Shown piece after piece: positions 18,037-27,447 of a stretch of 42,279 nucleotides of DNA (its first letter is position 1; the number at the start of each line of letters is the position of its first letter). Position numbers and translations under genes: made by a program. Location of the stretch: contig DATFXC010000150.1 of NCBI GenBank assembly GCA_035258625.1, forward strand, positions 1 to 42,279. The letters run 5' to 3'. Under the pieces are notes generated by a model. The model ran no database searches. It worked only from the letters and a program-made list of their open reading frames with translations, and had not been told where the DNA came from. This stretch comes from Candidatus Udaeobacter sp. (lineage in GTDB: Bacteria; Verrucomicrobiota; Verrucomicrobiia; Chthoniobacterales; UBA10450).

Positions 18037-20079
18037 ATGACACAAAAACCTGCATCGCTTTTCGACTGGAACATTGTCGCCCCGGCCATCGGCGACGCGT
18101 TCAAGAAACTGAACCCGCGTCTGATGGTGAAGAACCCGGTCATGTTTGTGACGATGGTCGGCGCTGCCCTAACGACCGTCGGGATCTTCACTGCTGAACC
18201 CGAACTGCGCGGCTTCGTAGCACAACTGGCGCTCTGGCTGTGGTTCACGGTGCTCTTTGCAAATTTTGCTGAAGCGGTCGCAGAGGGCCGTGGCAAAGCG
18301 CAAGCAGCAAGCCTGCGCCGTGCGCGCAAGGACACGATGGCCAGGCGCTTGATAAATGGTCGCGAAGAGAAAGTCCCCGCGCCCATATTGCAGAAGGGGA
18401 ATGTCGTCGTATGCGAAGCGGGCGACATCATCCCGGCGGACGGTGATGTTATAGAAGGGATCGCCAGTGTGGATGAAGCAGCGATTACCGGCGAATCCGC
18501 GCCCGTGATTCGTGAGAGCGGCGGCGACCGCAGTGCGGTGACTGGCGGCACACGCGTCTTGAGCGACCGAATTGTGATCCGAGTCACCGCAGATAAAGGC
18601 GCTGGTTTTCTCGACAAAATGATCGCGCTGGTCGAGGGCGCGCGTCGCCAGAAAACGCCGAATGAAATCGCGCTTACGATCCTGCTTGCCGCATTGACGT
18701 TCATTTTTCTACTCGTGTGTGTCACGCTCAAACCGTTCGGCATTTATTCGGGTGCGAACTTTTCGGTTCCGGTCCTGGTCGCGCTTCTGGTCTGTCTCAT
18801 TCCCACAACCATCGGGGGCTTGCTTAGCGCCATTGGAATTGCTGGAATGGACCGTGTGCTTCAACGCAACGTGCTCGCAATGAGCGGACGTGCAGTCGAA
18901 GCGGCGGGCGACGTTGACGTGTTGTTACTCGACAAAACCGGCACGATCACGCTCGGCAATCGCATGGCGGTCGCTTTTCATGCCGCACCCGGCGTCTCGC
19001 CCGATGATCTCGCGGCCTCTGCGCAGTTGAGCTCGCTGGCCGATGAAACGCCGGAAGGACGGTCGATAGTTGTGCTGGCGAAAGAGAAATTCGGATTACG
19101 CGCGCGCGAAATGCACGAGCTGGAGGCGACCTTTGTGCCGTTCACAGCGCAAACACGCATGAGCGGCGTCGACCTTCATGCCAATGGCTCGCAACCGACG
19201 ATGCGCGTACGCAAAGGCGCCGCGGAGGCGGTCCGCGGGTTTGTGGAATCATCGGGCGGAATTTTTCCGCAGCCGGTCACGAAAACAGTGGATGAGATTT
19301 CGCATCGCGGCGGCACGCCGCTCGTCGTTGCGTCCGACCTCCTGACGCTCGGCACGATCGAGCTAAAGGACGTTGTGAAAGGTGGAATCAAGGAACGGTT
19401 CGCGCAGTTGCGTAAAATGGGAATCAAAACGGTGATGATTACCGGCGATAATCCGCTGACCGCAGCAGCCATCGCAGCCGAAGCAGGCGTCGACGATTTC
19501 ATGGCACAAGCGACACCGGAACAAAAACTCAAACGCATCCGTGAGGAGCAAACCGAGGGTCACCTGGTTGCGATGACCGGCGACGGCACAAACGATGCGC
19601 CGGCGCTGGCGCAGGCCGACGTGGGCGTTGCCATGAACACCGGCACGCAAGCCGCCCGCGAAGCCGGCAACATGGTCGATCTCGACAGTAATCCGACCAA
19701 GCTGCTCGACATCGTCGAGATCGGGAAACAGATGCTGATCACGCGCGGTTCGCTCACTACGTTCAGCATCGCAAACGACGTCGCGAAATACTTCGCAATC
19801 GTACCGGCGATGTTGATGGCTAGGTTTTCCGAGATCGCGCCGCTGAACATCATGCACTTGCACAGTCCGACCAGTGCGATTCTCAGCGCCGTCATTTTTA
19901 ACGCGCTGATCATCGTCGCGCTGATCCCTCTGGCGTTGCGCGGCGTTGCTTACAAGCCAATGGGCGCGCTCGCCGTTTTGCAACGCAACCTGCTGATCTA
20001 TGGCTTCGGCGGTCTCATCGTTCCATTTATCGGAATCAAACTGATCGATTTGATTATCACTGCGCTTCACTTGGCCTAA
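18037..20079 (+). CDS. kdpB: K+-transporting P-type ATPase subunit B
   Basis: ITGESAPV (TGES), [10 protein letters not shown] phosphorylation motif, [18 protein letters not shown] hinge. Confidence 0.95.
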   Translation: MTQKPASLFDWNIVAPAIGDAFKKLNPRLMVKNPVMFVTMVGAALTTVGIFTAEPELRGFVAQLALWLWFTVLFANFAEAVAEGRGKAQAASLRRARKDTMARRLINGREEKVPAPILQKGNVVVCEAGDIIPADGDVIEGIASVDEAAITGESAPVIRESGGDRSAVTGGTRVLSDRIVIRVTADKGAGFLDKMIALVEGARRQKTPNEIALTILLAALTFIFLLVCVTLKPFGIYSGANFSVPVLVALLVCLIPTTIGGLLSAIGIAGMDRVLQRNVLAMSGRAVEAAGDVDVLLLDKTGTITLGNRMAVAFHAAPGVSPDDLAASAQLSSLADETPEGRSIVVLAKEKFGLRAREMHELEATFVPFTAQTRMSGVDLHANGSQPTMRVRKGAAEAVRGFVESSGGIFPQPVTKTVDEISHRGGTPLVVASDLLTLGTIELKDVVKGGIKERFAQLRKMGIKTVMITGDNPLTAAAIAAEAGVDDFMAQATPEQKLKRIREEQTEGHLVAMTGDGTNDAPALAQADVGVAMNTGTQAAREAGNMVDLDSNPTKLLDIVEIGKQMLITRGSLTTFSIANDVAKYFAIVPAMLMARFSEIAPLNIMHLHSPTSAILSAVIFNALIIVALIPLALRGVAYKPMGALAVLQRNLLIYGFGGLIVPFIGIKLIDLIITALHLA

Positions 20080-20083
20080 CGAC

Positions 20084-20668
20084 ATGAAAGAATTTTTTTC
20101 CCACATCCGCGGCGCAGTCGTATCGACGCTCGTGCTCGCAGTCGTCTGCTGCGGTCTTTACCCGCTCATCGTCTTTGGAGTTTCGCAGACACTCTTTCGC
20201 GATAAGGCCAACGGCAGTTTGATCACCGGTGCAGATGGGAGCGTCCGCGGTTCGAAGTTGTTAGGCCAGGCGTTCTCTGATCCGAAATATTTTCATCCGC
20301 GACCTTCGGTTGCCGGCAACGGCTACGACGCGACCAGTTCCGGCGGCAGTAATTTGGGGCCGACCTCACGCAAACTGGACGAGGCGATCAAAGAACGCAT
20401 CGCGGCGTATCGCGCGGAAAACAGTTTGAGCGAAACCGACTCTGTGCCTGCGGATGCAGTTACTGCATCCGGCAGCGGCCTCGATCCAGAGATCACCTTG
20501 CGTAATGCCGAGCTCCAGATCGCGCGTGTCGCTAAATCTCGGGGATTGAGCGAAGACAAAATCCGCGAGCTCGTCCAAAAAAACACCGATGGCCGTGATT
20601 TGGGAGTGTTCGGTGATCCCGGAGTCAATGTGCTGCAACTAAACGTCGCGCTCGATCAACAGCACTGA
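20084..20668 (+). CDS. kdpC: K+-transporting ATPase subunit C
   Basis: One N-terminal TM helix, then SGGSNLGPTS and ASGSGLDPEITL, which are KdpC signatures. Confidence 0.9.
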   Translation: MKEFFSHIRGAVVSTLVLAVVCCGLYPLIVFGVSQTLFRDKANGSLITGADGSVRGSKLLGQAFSDPKYFHPRPSVAGNGYDATSSGGSNLGPTSRKLDEAIKERIAAYRAENSLSETDSVPADAVTASGSGLDPEITLRNAELQIARVAKSRGLSEDKIRELVQKNTDGRDLGVFGDPGVNVLQLNVALDQQH

Positions 20669-20745
20669 TGAAGACACATCGAACAGACGTTTTCTTATTC
20701 GTTCCGATTTTTGTGGATTCGGTAGCGAACGCATCTCGCGTGCCG

Positions 20746-20837
20746 GCGATGGCGTCCTCGCCATCGCGAACTTCTCTCGATTCGCTCGGGTTTCAGCAAG
20801 TGTCGACAAATCCGAAACCAGCACGCGAGACGCGTGC
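20746..20837. repeat. two GC-rich stem-loops in the kdpC-porin spacer (REP-like)
   Basis: GCGATGGCG-tcct-CGCCATCGC (9 bp, 20746-20767) and GCACGCG-aga-CGCGTGC (7 bp, 20821-20837). Confidence 0.6.
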
Positions 20838-20915
20838 GCTACCCAACGATTTATTCTGGACACGGTTCGTCGATAATCCCCGCCGGAACCTACAGTGAAA
20901 ACAAGGAGGAAAAGC

Positions 20916-22571
20916 TTGAACACTAAAAAATGTCTGATCACGATCGTGTCGGCGATAGTTTTTACTGCTGTGGTGCACGCGCAGGGAACGTCTGAAGATT
21001 TGACCGCTGAACGACAGCAGCTTGCTCAATTGAAAGCCGAGCTCGATGCGCGCGAGAAAGCATTAGATAAACGCGAGAAAATATTGGCTGAAAAAGAAGG
21101 GGCCACGGCAAATTCCACTGTGCAGTCCCGCGAGAAAAGAAAAGCCAAGGACACGCACAAGCCTCAGCAAACCATAGCGCAGAGCCAGGAAGAACAGGCG
21201 AAAGCGGCGCGCGCCGAAAAGAAATTGCATGAACCGTTTTTCCAACGTTTGGACGAAGCTTTTTTGGAACAGTTAGGCACGCCAGCCTACGTTCCGCCTG
21301 ATCCCAACGCGCCAAACCCACGCCGCATTCCGCCGCCACCCTTCGATTCACCGCCGTTCCCTTCGGGTGACTGGCAAATTGGCGGTACTCCGATCATAGG
21401 AGATCCCGGTGAGCTTCCGCCGGGTCCTCTGATGCAGGCGATTTATGAAGGCCCAGGCGGCGATGCGTGGAAGAAAAGCAAAATCCAACTTTATGGCTGG
21501 GTCAATTTCTCCGGCAATATCAGCACCTCGCACCCATCAAACAAGAGTGAGAACGGAAACTTTCCGTTGATTTACGATCTGCGCCCAAACCGGATGGAGC
21601 TGAATCAGATTGTTCTGTACCTCGAGCGGTTGCCTGATACAAATCAAATGGACCACATCGACTGGGGTTTTCGTATCTCAGCTCTCTATGGGCTCGACTA
21701 CCGATTCACGACGACCTACGGCTTTCTGAGCGATCAATTGTTAATACACAATAGTTACTCCGGCTTCGACATGCCGATGATTTATCTCGATCTCTACATT
21801 CCTTTCGTAGCTCAGGGAATGAATATCCGGATAGGGAGAATCATTTCCGAGCCGGACATCGAAGCCCAACTGGCGCCGAATAATTTGATGGCGACTCACT
21901 CGCTCCTTTATGGCTTTGATAACTACTGTCAGGAAGGAATTTTCACCACGACTAAACTCAACGATCAGTGGACGATTCAAGCCGGAATCTCGGATGGGAC
22001 TGACGTCGCTCTTTGGCAGAATGATCCGGGCCGGCAGGTAACGGGCACTGTGATGGTTCAGTGGATTTCACCCAGCCAGATGGATTCGATTTACGCCGGT
22101 GACAATAATTTTAACAACGGCAAATTTGGCTACAACAATCTCCAGCAGATCGTTGGCACCTGGACGCACAAGTTCAATGACAAGATTTATACCGCGACCG
22201 AGGCGTGGTACATGTACATGAACGACGCAATCGACCATCCGACCGAGGAGGTGCCATTCCAAGGCGGTTCATTTCCGGTGAGGAACGGCTACGCACCGGA
22301 ATGGGCGGTGCTGAACTACACAATGTTCCGGCTTGCCCCGAATACCTTTTTCACCGTACGAAACGAATACTTTAAAGACAAGGTTGGGAGCCGGACTGGG
22401 TTTGCCACCGATTATTCCGAGCACTCGATTGGCATCACCTGGTGGCCTTGTAAGCTGATCACCATTCGCCCCGAGCTTCGCTACGACCATTCTTACGCTG
22501 AACGGGCGTTCGATAACGGAACCAGACATAATCAGCTGGTCTTCACGACCGACATGATCTTTCACTTCTAA
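20916..22571 (+). CDS. outer-membrane beta-barrel porin (OmpL-like/bbp2-type) with N-terminal coiled coil
   Basis: Signal peptide (CLITIVSAIVFTAVVHA), then the coiled coil LAQLKAELDAREKALDKREKILAEKE. Alternating beta-strand pattern with aromatic girdle; terminal ...TTDMIFHF ends in Phe. TTG at 20916 follows AAGGAGG (20903-20909); the track start is GTG 20895. Confidence 0.75.
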   Translation: MNTKKCLITIVSAIVFTAVVHAQGTSEDLTAERQQLAQLKAELDAREKALDKREKILAEKEGATANSTVQSREKRKAKDTHKPQQTIAQSQEEQAKAARAEKKLHEPFFQRLDEAFLEQLGTPAYVPPDPNAPNPRRIPPPPFDSPPFPSGDWQIGGTPIIGDPGELPPGPLMQAIYEGPGGDAWKKSKIQLYGWVNFSGNISTSHPSNKSENGNFPLIYDLRPNRMELNQIVLYLERLPDTNQMDHIDWGFRISALYGLDYRFTTTYGFLSDQLLIHNSYSGFDMPMIYLDLYIPFVAQGMNIRIGRIISEPDIEAQLAPNNLMATHSLLYGFDNYCQEGIFTTTKLNDQWTIQAGISDGTDVALWQNDPGRQVTGTVMVQWISPSQMDSIYAGDNNFNNGKFGYNNLQQIVGTWTHKFNDKIYTATEAWYMYMNDAIDHPTEEVPFQGGSFPVRNGYAPEWAVLNYTMFRLAPNTFFTVRNEYFKDKVGSRTGFATDYSEHSIGITWWPCKLITIRPELRYDHSYAERAFDNGTRHNQLVFTTDMIFHF

Positions 22572-22577
22572 CGATCT

Positions 22578-22682
22578 ATGAATGACTTTCCGCTCAGATT
22601 TCTTATCCTAGTGCTGCTTATAGTGCTACTCAGTGTGCCTATGATTTTCGAGACAAGAGGCTCTAAGCGTCGGCAGCCTTAG
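22578..22682 (+). CDS. possible 34-aa single-TM mini-protein (MNDFPLRFLILVLLIVLLSVPMIFETRGSKRRQP) upstream of the kdpA paralog
   Basis: Hand translated; hydrophobic core followed by a basic tail. No convincing SD. Confidence 0.25.
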   Translation: MNDFPLRFLILVLLIVLLSVPMIFETRGSKRRQP

Positions 22683-22776
22683 CTACAGCAGCGCGGCCTT
22701 TTTTTGTTCAGGACCTTCGTAATACCGAAGCAGCCATTTGGCCGGTCGCGCCTATGTTTGCTTTCACGAATTTAAG

Positions 22777-24465
22777 ATGAACGCGAATGCGCTTCAGGCT
22801 GGGCTCTTTGTGCTTGTCGTGGTGCTTCTCGTCAAACCGGTCGGTGCGTACCTTGAACGTGTTTTCGAACGACGGCAGACTCTGCTCGATCCGATTCTTC
22901 TCCCAATAGAGCAACTAATCCACCGGCTTGTTGGAACCGATTGTCAACGCGAAATGGATTGGAAATGCTACTCGGTAGCGTTCGGTATTTTCGGCGCAGC
23001 CAACATCGTCCTTCTCTATTTGGCACTGCGCTCGGAGGCATGGTTGCCGTGGTTCTTTCCGAAAGTCATGACGACGCCGATGACGCCGGATCTCGCGGCT
23101 AACACGGCAGTAAGCTTTGCAACTACGACTACGTGGCAAGCCTACGCCGGCGAAACAACAATGAGTTACTTCAGTCAGCTTTTGCTGGCAGGGCAAAACT
23201 TTTTGGCTGGCGCAGCGGGTCTCGCTGTCGGCATCGCTTTCATTCGCGGTTATGCCCGAGAAAGAACTACGGAGCTCGGCAACTTCTGGGTGGATCTGAT
23301 CTGTGCGGTTTTGTGGGTGTTATTGCCGGTTTCGTTAGTGGGGAGCTTGTTTCTGATTGCGCAAGGCGTGCCGATGAATTTCCGGGCTTACACAGTTGCG
23401 CACACGTTGGAAGGTACCACGCAGATCATCGCCCACGGTCCGGTTGCGGCACTGGAGTTTATCAAAAATCTCGGGACTAACGGTGGCGGCTTTTTCAACG
23501 CGAATGGTGCGCACCCGTTCGAGAATCCTACACCGCTGACCAATTTTATCGAACTGCTTGCCATCGCCGTCATTCCGGCAGCGCTCACGCACACCTTCGG
23601 ACGCATGGTGGGCCGGTCGCGCGACGGTTGGGTAATTTTCTGGACGATGACGGCCCTCTTTGTGGCGGGATTGCTCTTGTGCACTTGGGCTGAAACGAGT
23701 GCTCCCGGACTAACGAAGCAGCTTGTTGGCGGCAATATGGAAGGAAAAGAGGTTCGCTTCGGTGTAAGCGGATCGGTGCTTGCTGCAGTTGTGACTTCAA
23801 ATGGCGCGACCGGTTCCTACAACTCGATGCACGACAGCTTTCAGCCGCTCGGAGTGACGGTGCCTTTGGTCAACCTGCTCCTCGGTGAAATCGTGTATGG
23901 CGGTCTCGGTGCGGGACTTTATGGGATGATCTTTGTAGCGTTGATAGCCCTTTTTGTCGGCGGCCTGATGATTGGCCGCACACCGGAGCATCTTGGTAAG
24001 CAAATTGGCCCGCCAGAAATGAAAATTATCGCCATTTATACGCTCGTCGGTCCTGTCACGGTCCTGGCGTTGACGGCGCTCGCGGTCATTACAAAACCCG
24101 GCCTCGCAGGATTGACGATAAACAGTGGGCCTCATGGATTTACGGAAATCCTATTTGCTTACGCGAGCGCCTTTGCCAACAACGGCCAAAGCATGGCCGG
24201 TCTTAGCGCTAACAATATTTTCTATAACACAACAACCATAATCGCGATGCTGGCAGGCCGATACATCCTTGCGGTGTTGGCTCTTTTGCTCGCTGGCCGG
24301 TTCGCCGCAATGTCACGACGGCCTCCCAGTTCCGGTACGATGCCTTCCGACGGGTTTGTCTTCGGCGTGTTGTTAGCCGGAACGACACTGTTGCTTGGCG
24401 CCCTAAACTTTCTCCCAGCCCTCGCGCTGGGCCCGATTGTCGAGCAGTTCTCAACTCATTCTTAA
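22777..24465 (+). CDS. orphan KdpA paralog (K+-transporting ATPase A-subunit family) with diverged pore loops
   Basis: Collinear with kdpA along its length (LVKPVGAYL, GETTMSYFSQ, LGTNGGGFFNANGAHPFENPTP, NMEGKEVRFG, MHDSF, GRTPEHLGK, GPHGFTEILF, ALALGPIVE). Loops 1, 3 and 4 read TTTTWQ, SNGATGSYN and NNGQSMAG. ATG at 22777 is preferred over TTG 22738. Confidence 0.9.
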   Translation: MNANALQAGLFVLVVVLLVKPVGAYLERVFERRQTLLDPILLPIEQLIHRLVGTDCQREMDWKCYSVAFGIFGAANIVLLYLALRSEAWLPWFFPKVMTTPMTPDLAANTAVSFATTTTWQAYAGETTMSYFSQLLLAGQNFLAGAAGLAVGIAFIRGYARERTTELGNFWVDLICAVLWVLLPVSLVGSLFLIAQGVPMNFRAYTVAHTLEGTTQIIAHGPVAALEFIKNLGTNGGGFFNANGAHPFENPTPLTNFIELLAIAVIPAALTHTFGRMVGRSRDGWVIFWTMTALFVAGLLLCTWAETSAPGLTKQLVGGNMEGKEVRFGVSGSVLAAVVTSNGATGSYNSMHDSFQPLGVTVPLVNLLLGEIVYGGLGAGLYGMIFVALIALFVGGLMIGRTPEHLGKQIGPPEMKIIAIYTLVGPVTVLALTALAVITKPGLAGLTINSGPHGFTEILFAYASAFANNGQSMAGLSANNIFYNTTTIIAMLAGRYILAVLALLLAGRFAAMSRRPPSSGTMPSDGFVFGVLLAGTTLLLGALNFLPALALGPIVEQFSTHS

Positions 24466-24580
24466 CCAATGAATGACGTCATGGTGTGACTTGCGTTTAC
24501 GATGAGGCCGCGAACGTGATCCGTACGCACGATTAGATGTGCGATTTCAAAGAGTTGGTGAAATTCTTCCCGTATCACCA

Positions 24581-24976
24581 ATGACCGCCGAATTATGGCT
24601 CTTAGCAGCTAGCGTTGGTTTGGGGCTGGTGCATTTGATTGCCGCATCACATCTGATTAGCTGGCAGCGCGGTTATCGCTGGACGGCCAGCAGCCGTGAT
24701 GATGAAGTCGCGCCTTTGCGCGGGTTAGCAAATCGCGTTGATCAGGCAACCACGAATTTCCTGGAGACGTTCCCGTTCTTCGCTGCCCTTGTTCTGATCG
24801 CTCATGTCACCGACCATCATGGTTTACTTACCCTTTTGGGAGCGCATCTATATTTTTGGGCTCGGGTAGGCTACTTGCTGGCCGCTGCACTCGGTTACAG
24901 TCTCGTGCGCTCCGCCATTTTCTGGAACTCGGCGTTGGTTGGCATGATTCTCGTTTTTGTGGCGCTTTTACCGTAG
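24581..24976 (+). CDS. MAPEG-family membrane protein
   Basis: ~130 aa with four TM segments. RVDQATTNFLETFPFFAALVL matches the MAPEG R-x3-N-x2-E-x2-P-x-F core. Confidence 0.7.
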   Translation: MTAELWLLAASVGLGLVHLIAASHLISWQRGYRWTASSRDDEVAPLRGLANRVDQATTNFLETFPFFAALVLIAHVTDHHGLLTLLGAHLYFWARVGYLLAAALGYSLVRSAIFWNSALVGMILVFVALLP

Positions 24977-25060
24977 AGCCGGAGGCCATCGGCTCGATTA
25001 CGAAATAAGTCCAGCTTGCTTGCCGCGCCACCTTGCCGTGGCTAATCTTTGTCTGGTTAG

Positions 25061-25327
25061 ATGGTAATCGGGGCGATACTCACACTGATACTCGGCTTGC
25101 TCATCGCTGTGCCAGCGGCGATTTACTGTTTCAAGCCCGCCATAATTGTTCGCCAAGCGAGCGAAACTGCGCATCGTTCGTTTAGGTTGCTACACTTTGC
25201 GCTTCCTATTGCGCCGCGCGATGGCCGCATCACCGCGCGACAAGTCCGTAGCACCGGCCTAGGTCTTTTTTTGCTTAGCGCCTGGTTTCTGCTGGTCGCA
25301 TTTCTGGCTATCATTGCACAGCACTGA
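25061..25327 (+). CDS. hypothetical two-TM membrane protein
   Basis: 88-aa ORF with hydrophobic segments at both ends; no motif or clear SD. Confidence 0.3.
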   Translation: MVIGAILTLILGLLIAVPAAIYCFKPAIIVRQASETAHRSFRLLHFALPIAPRDGRITARQVRSTGLGLFLLSAWFLLVAFLAIIAQH

Positions 25328-25903
25328 TGTTGCGCCGACCATCTGACCAATCGCTGCAGCCAACCGCAGGCGAGCGTGGATGACCAGCGAGAGCGACGAT
25401 GTGATCAAAAGAGTGCGTTCGAATCAGTGCAGGCCAAAGCAGACGGACAAACGTGAGCGGCGTGTAATCGTTGTGGGGTTTGTCACCAGGAACGCGAAAT
25501 GTGAGGCGTTAACTGCCGCATTTACATGACCAAAATCTATCTTTCGGTCCTCTCCCCGGGTGCGCCAAGTGCACAAGAGATCGCTCGTTGGCAAAGAAAT
25601 CCGTAGAGGAATTCGATTACTAAAACGGAAGATAAATCGCGCAATTCACACCGAACGAGAAAACGCTGTTATGTACCCTTTGTTGGCACGGCGGTTCCCA
25701 CCAGATTCAAATGAAGCCTTGTTACTCCGTTTGGAGGGCCGAGGTGCAATGCGCCGTGTCAAAAGATTGAAAAGGACCACTCGCCGAGTTGGACGCGATT
25801 TGGCGTCCTGCTTCGAGAACATGGTGGTTTTACGGGCGGCACTTGCATACGTTGTACACACCTCGAGGATGGTTATCGAAATGGAAAACCTAAAATCTAG
25901 GAT

Positions 25904-26833
25904 ATGGCCACAATGTCTGTTTTAGCACGGCGTACGTGCATCAATCGCCCTACGAAGAAGTATCCGCGTAACGCGGCGCGATCCGTCACCAGAATGCTCA
26001 TTTGCTCTGTGGGTGTGGCGTTCGGAGATCCGATTTTTGCCGACCCGAGTCCCACGCCGACGCCAAACAAGTCGCAATACACGCTCTTTAATCCAACGCC
26101 GGTCGATGTGCGGCGTCCTTACAACACAGATCGACCGAGCAAGACTGACAGTCCATACACGATCGACGCCGGAGTTTTTCAAATCGAAAGCGATATTCCG
26201 AACTGGACGCTCGATTACCAGGGAGGCGTACGGACTCGCTCCTGGATCGTTGGCAACAGCAACTTCAAACTTGGCCTAACGAATTGGATGGATTTCCAGG
26301 TGTTCCCTCAATTTTACGTTAACAAGCGCACCAGCGGATCCGGCTTCGGAAAACCGCTTGAGCAGGACGGCTTCGGCGATACGACCGTGCGCCTGAAAAT
26401 CAATCTCCTCGGCAACGACTCCGGAAAATTAGCCATCGGCTTCCTTTCGTCATTGAAAATACCCACGAACACCGGCCATACCGGCAACCATGTCTGGGAA
26501 CCCGGCTTTGAATTACCTGTGAATTACTCGTTACCGTGGGGTTTCACGTTGTTCGCCCAGACGAGGATCGACATTCTCGATAAAGCTCGCAGCAGCAACA
26601 TGCAGGTGCAGTGGCAAAATCCGATCGGACTCTCCCGGACAATAGTCGGCAAATTGAGCGGGTATGTTGAATTCTACGACGCGGTCAGTTCGGGACCCTG
26701 GGTCGGCACACTGGACACCGGTTTGATTTATCAAGTGACGCCAAACTTCTCGGTGGACGTAAACTCGTTTTTTGGACTGACCGACAGCGCTCCCGATTAC
26801 AATGTATTTAGCGGCTTCGGCTATCGCTTTTGA
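25904..26833 (+). CDS. outer-membrane beta-barrel channel of the 'MetA-pathway of phenol degradation'-like transporter family
   Basis: NPTPVDVRRPYNTDRPSKTDSPYTIDAGVFQIE is the family's N-terminal signature, and the C-terminus FSGFGYRF ends in Phe. The true start may be ATG 25994 (MLICSVGVAFGDPIFA signal peptide). Confidence 0.7.
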   Translation: MATMSVLARRTCINRPTKKYPRNAARSVTRMLICSVGVAFGDPIFADPSPTPTPNKSQYTLFNPTPVDVRRPYNTDRPSKTDSPYTIDAGVFQIESDIPNWTLDYQGGVRTRSWIVGNSNFKLGLTNWMDFQVFPQFYVNKRTSGSGFGKPLEQDGFGDTTVRLKINLLGNDSGKLAIGFLSSLKIPTNTGHTGNHVWEPGFELPVNYSLPWGFTLFAQTRIDILDKARSSNMQVQWQNPIGLSRTIVGKLSGYVEFYDAVSSGPWVGTLDTGLIYQVTPNFSVDVNSFFGLTDSAPDYNVFSGFGYRF

Positions 26834-26842
26834 TTCGGTTCG

Positions 26843-26870
26843 AACCGGTTTGCCTAACCGGTTTAGTCTT
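26843..26870 (+). terminator. possible weak intrinsic terminator or operator: two AACCGGTTT copies able to pair
   Basis: AACCGG-tttgcctaa-CCGGTT (6-bp stem) followed by TAGTCTTT. The T-tract is poor. The 8-mer AACCGGTT is itself palindromic and occurs at 26843 and 26856. Confidence 0.25.
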
Positions 26871-26875
26871 TAGCG

Positions 26876-27310
26876 ATGCGAAAGCCCTTAGGACATATTG
26901 CGCAGGTGCGAAGTTCAGGAGTTCACCGCTGGTTCGCGGCGTTTTTTGCTTTTGGCGCAACGATGTGCGCTCTCACCGTCAGTTTACTTCTGTTTCCTGG
27001 TAGCGCGCTCGATTGGTTATGGCGACTAAATCCTGATGCGCGACTCGCGTTTCAATCATTGCGCTATTGGTCGTTGGTTCTCATGGGGACCGTCGGAACG
27101 GCGTGTTTGTTCGCAGCGATCGGATTATGGCGTGCTAGACCGTGGGGCACGTGGCTGGCCTTAATAATTCTCTCGGTTAACATGCTCGGTGACCTCACAA
27201 ATGTGTTCGCTCGTCACGACTACCGTGGCTTGATCGGAGTGCCTGTCGCGGGGATAATGATTTTTTTCCTACTCGCATGCGGTCGACGCTCGAAAAGTTT
27301 TCGTACTTGA
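26876..27310 (+). CDS. hypothetical four-TM membrane protein
   Basis: 144-aa ORF with four hydrophobic segments; no recognisable family. Confidence 0.45.
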   Translation: MRKPLGHIAQVRSSGVHRWFAAFFAFGATMCALTVSLLLFPGSALDWLWRLNPDARLAFQSLRYWSLVLMGTVGTACLFAAIGLWRARPWGTWLALIILSVNMLGDLTNVFARHDYRGLIGVPVAGIMIFFLLACGRRSKSFRT

Positions 27311-27447
27311 TTATGGCGCCGCCGGCTGGATGCACACGGCAACGATTTGCTGCCTCTCGATGGATTTACCGATCGTGGCCAAGATTGTCCATTTGTGTAG
27401 CTGCTTGGGAATGTGGAGATAGCGTGGCAAAGGAGTAGAATTGTCGC

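Noticed and set aside
17825-18040. 71-aa ORF between kdpA and kdpB as a genuine protein-coding gene (extra Kdp subunit)
   Set aside because: The sequence is the read-through of a four-hairpin palindromic repeat. It has no hydrophobic helix, unlike KdpF and KdpG, and no motif. I keep it only as a possible coupling/bridging frame (see findings), not as a protein call.
18000-20106. Two 247-aa antisense ORFs (18000-18743 and 19363-20106, minus strand) inside kdpB
   Set aside because: They oppose an unambiguous P-type ATPase frame and their products are Ala/Ser/Arg-rich and low-complexity. These are typical GC-driven shadow ORFs.
24473-24482. 10-bp perfect palindrome ATGACGTCAT just after the kdpA paralog
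   Set aside because: It is too short to distinguish from chance in 42 kb, has no second copy, and has no T-tract for a terminator.
25560-25925. 121-aa plus-strand ORF in the long gap
   Set aside because: It is extremely basic (Arg/Lys-rich), has no motif or SD, and overlaps the start of the OM-channel gene. It is treated as non-coding pending evidence.
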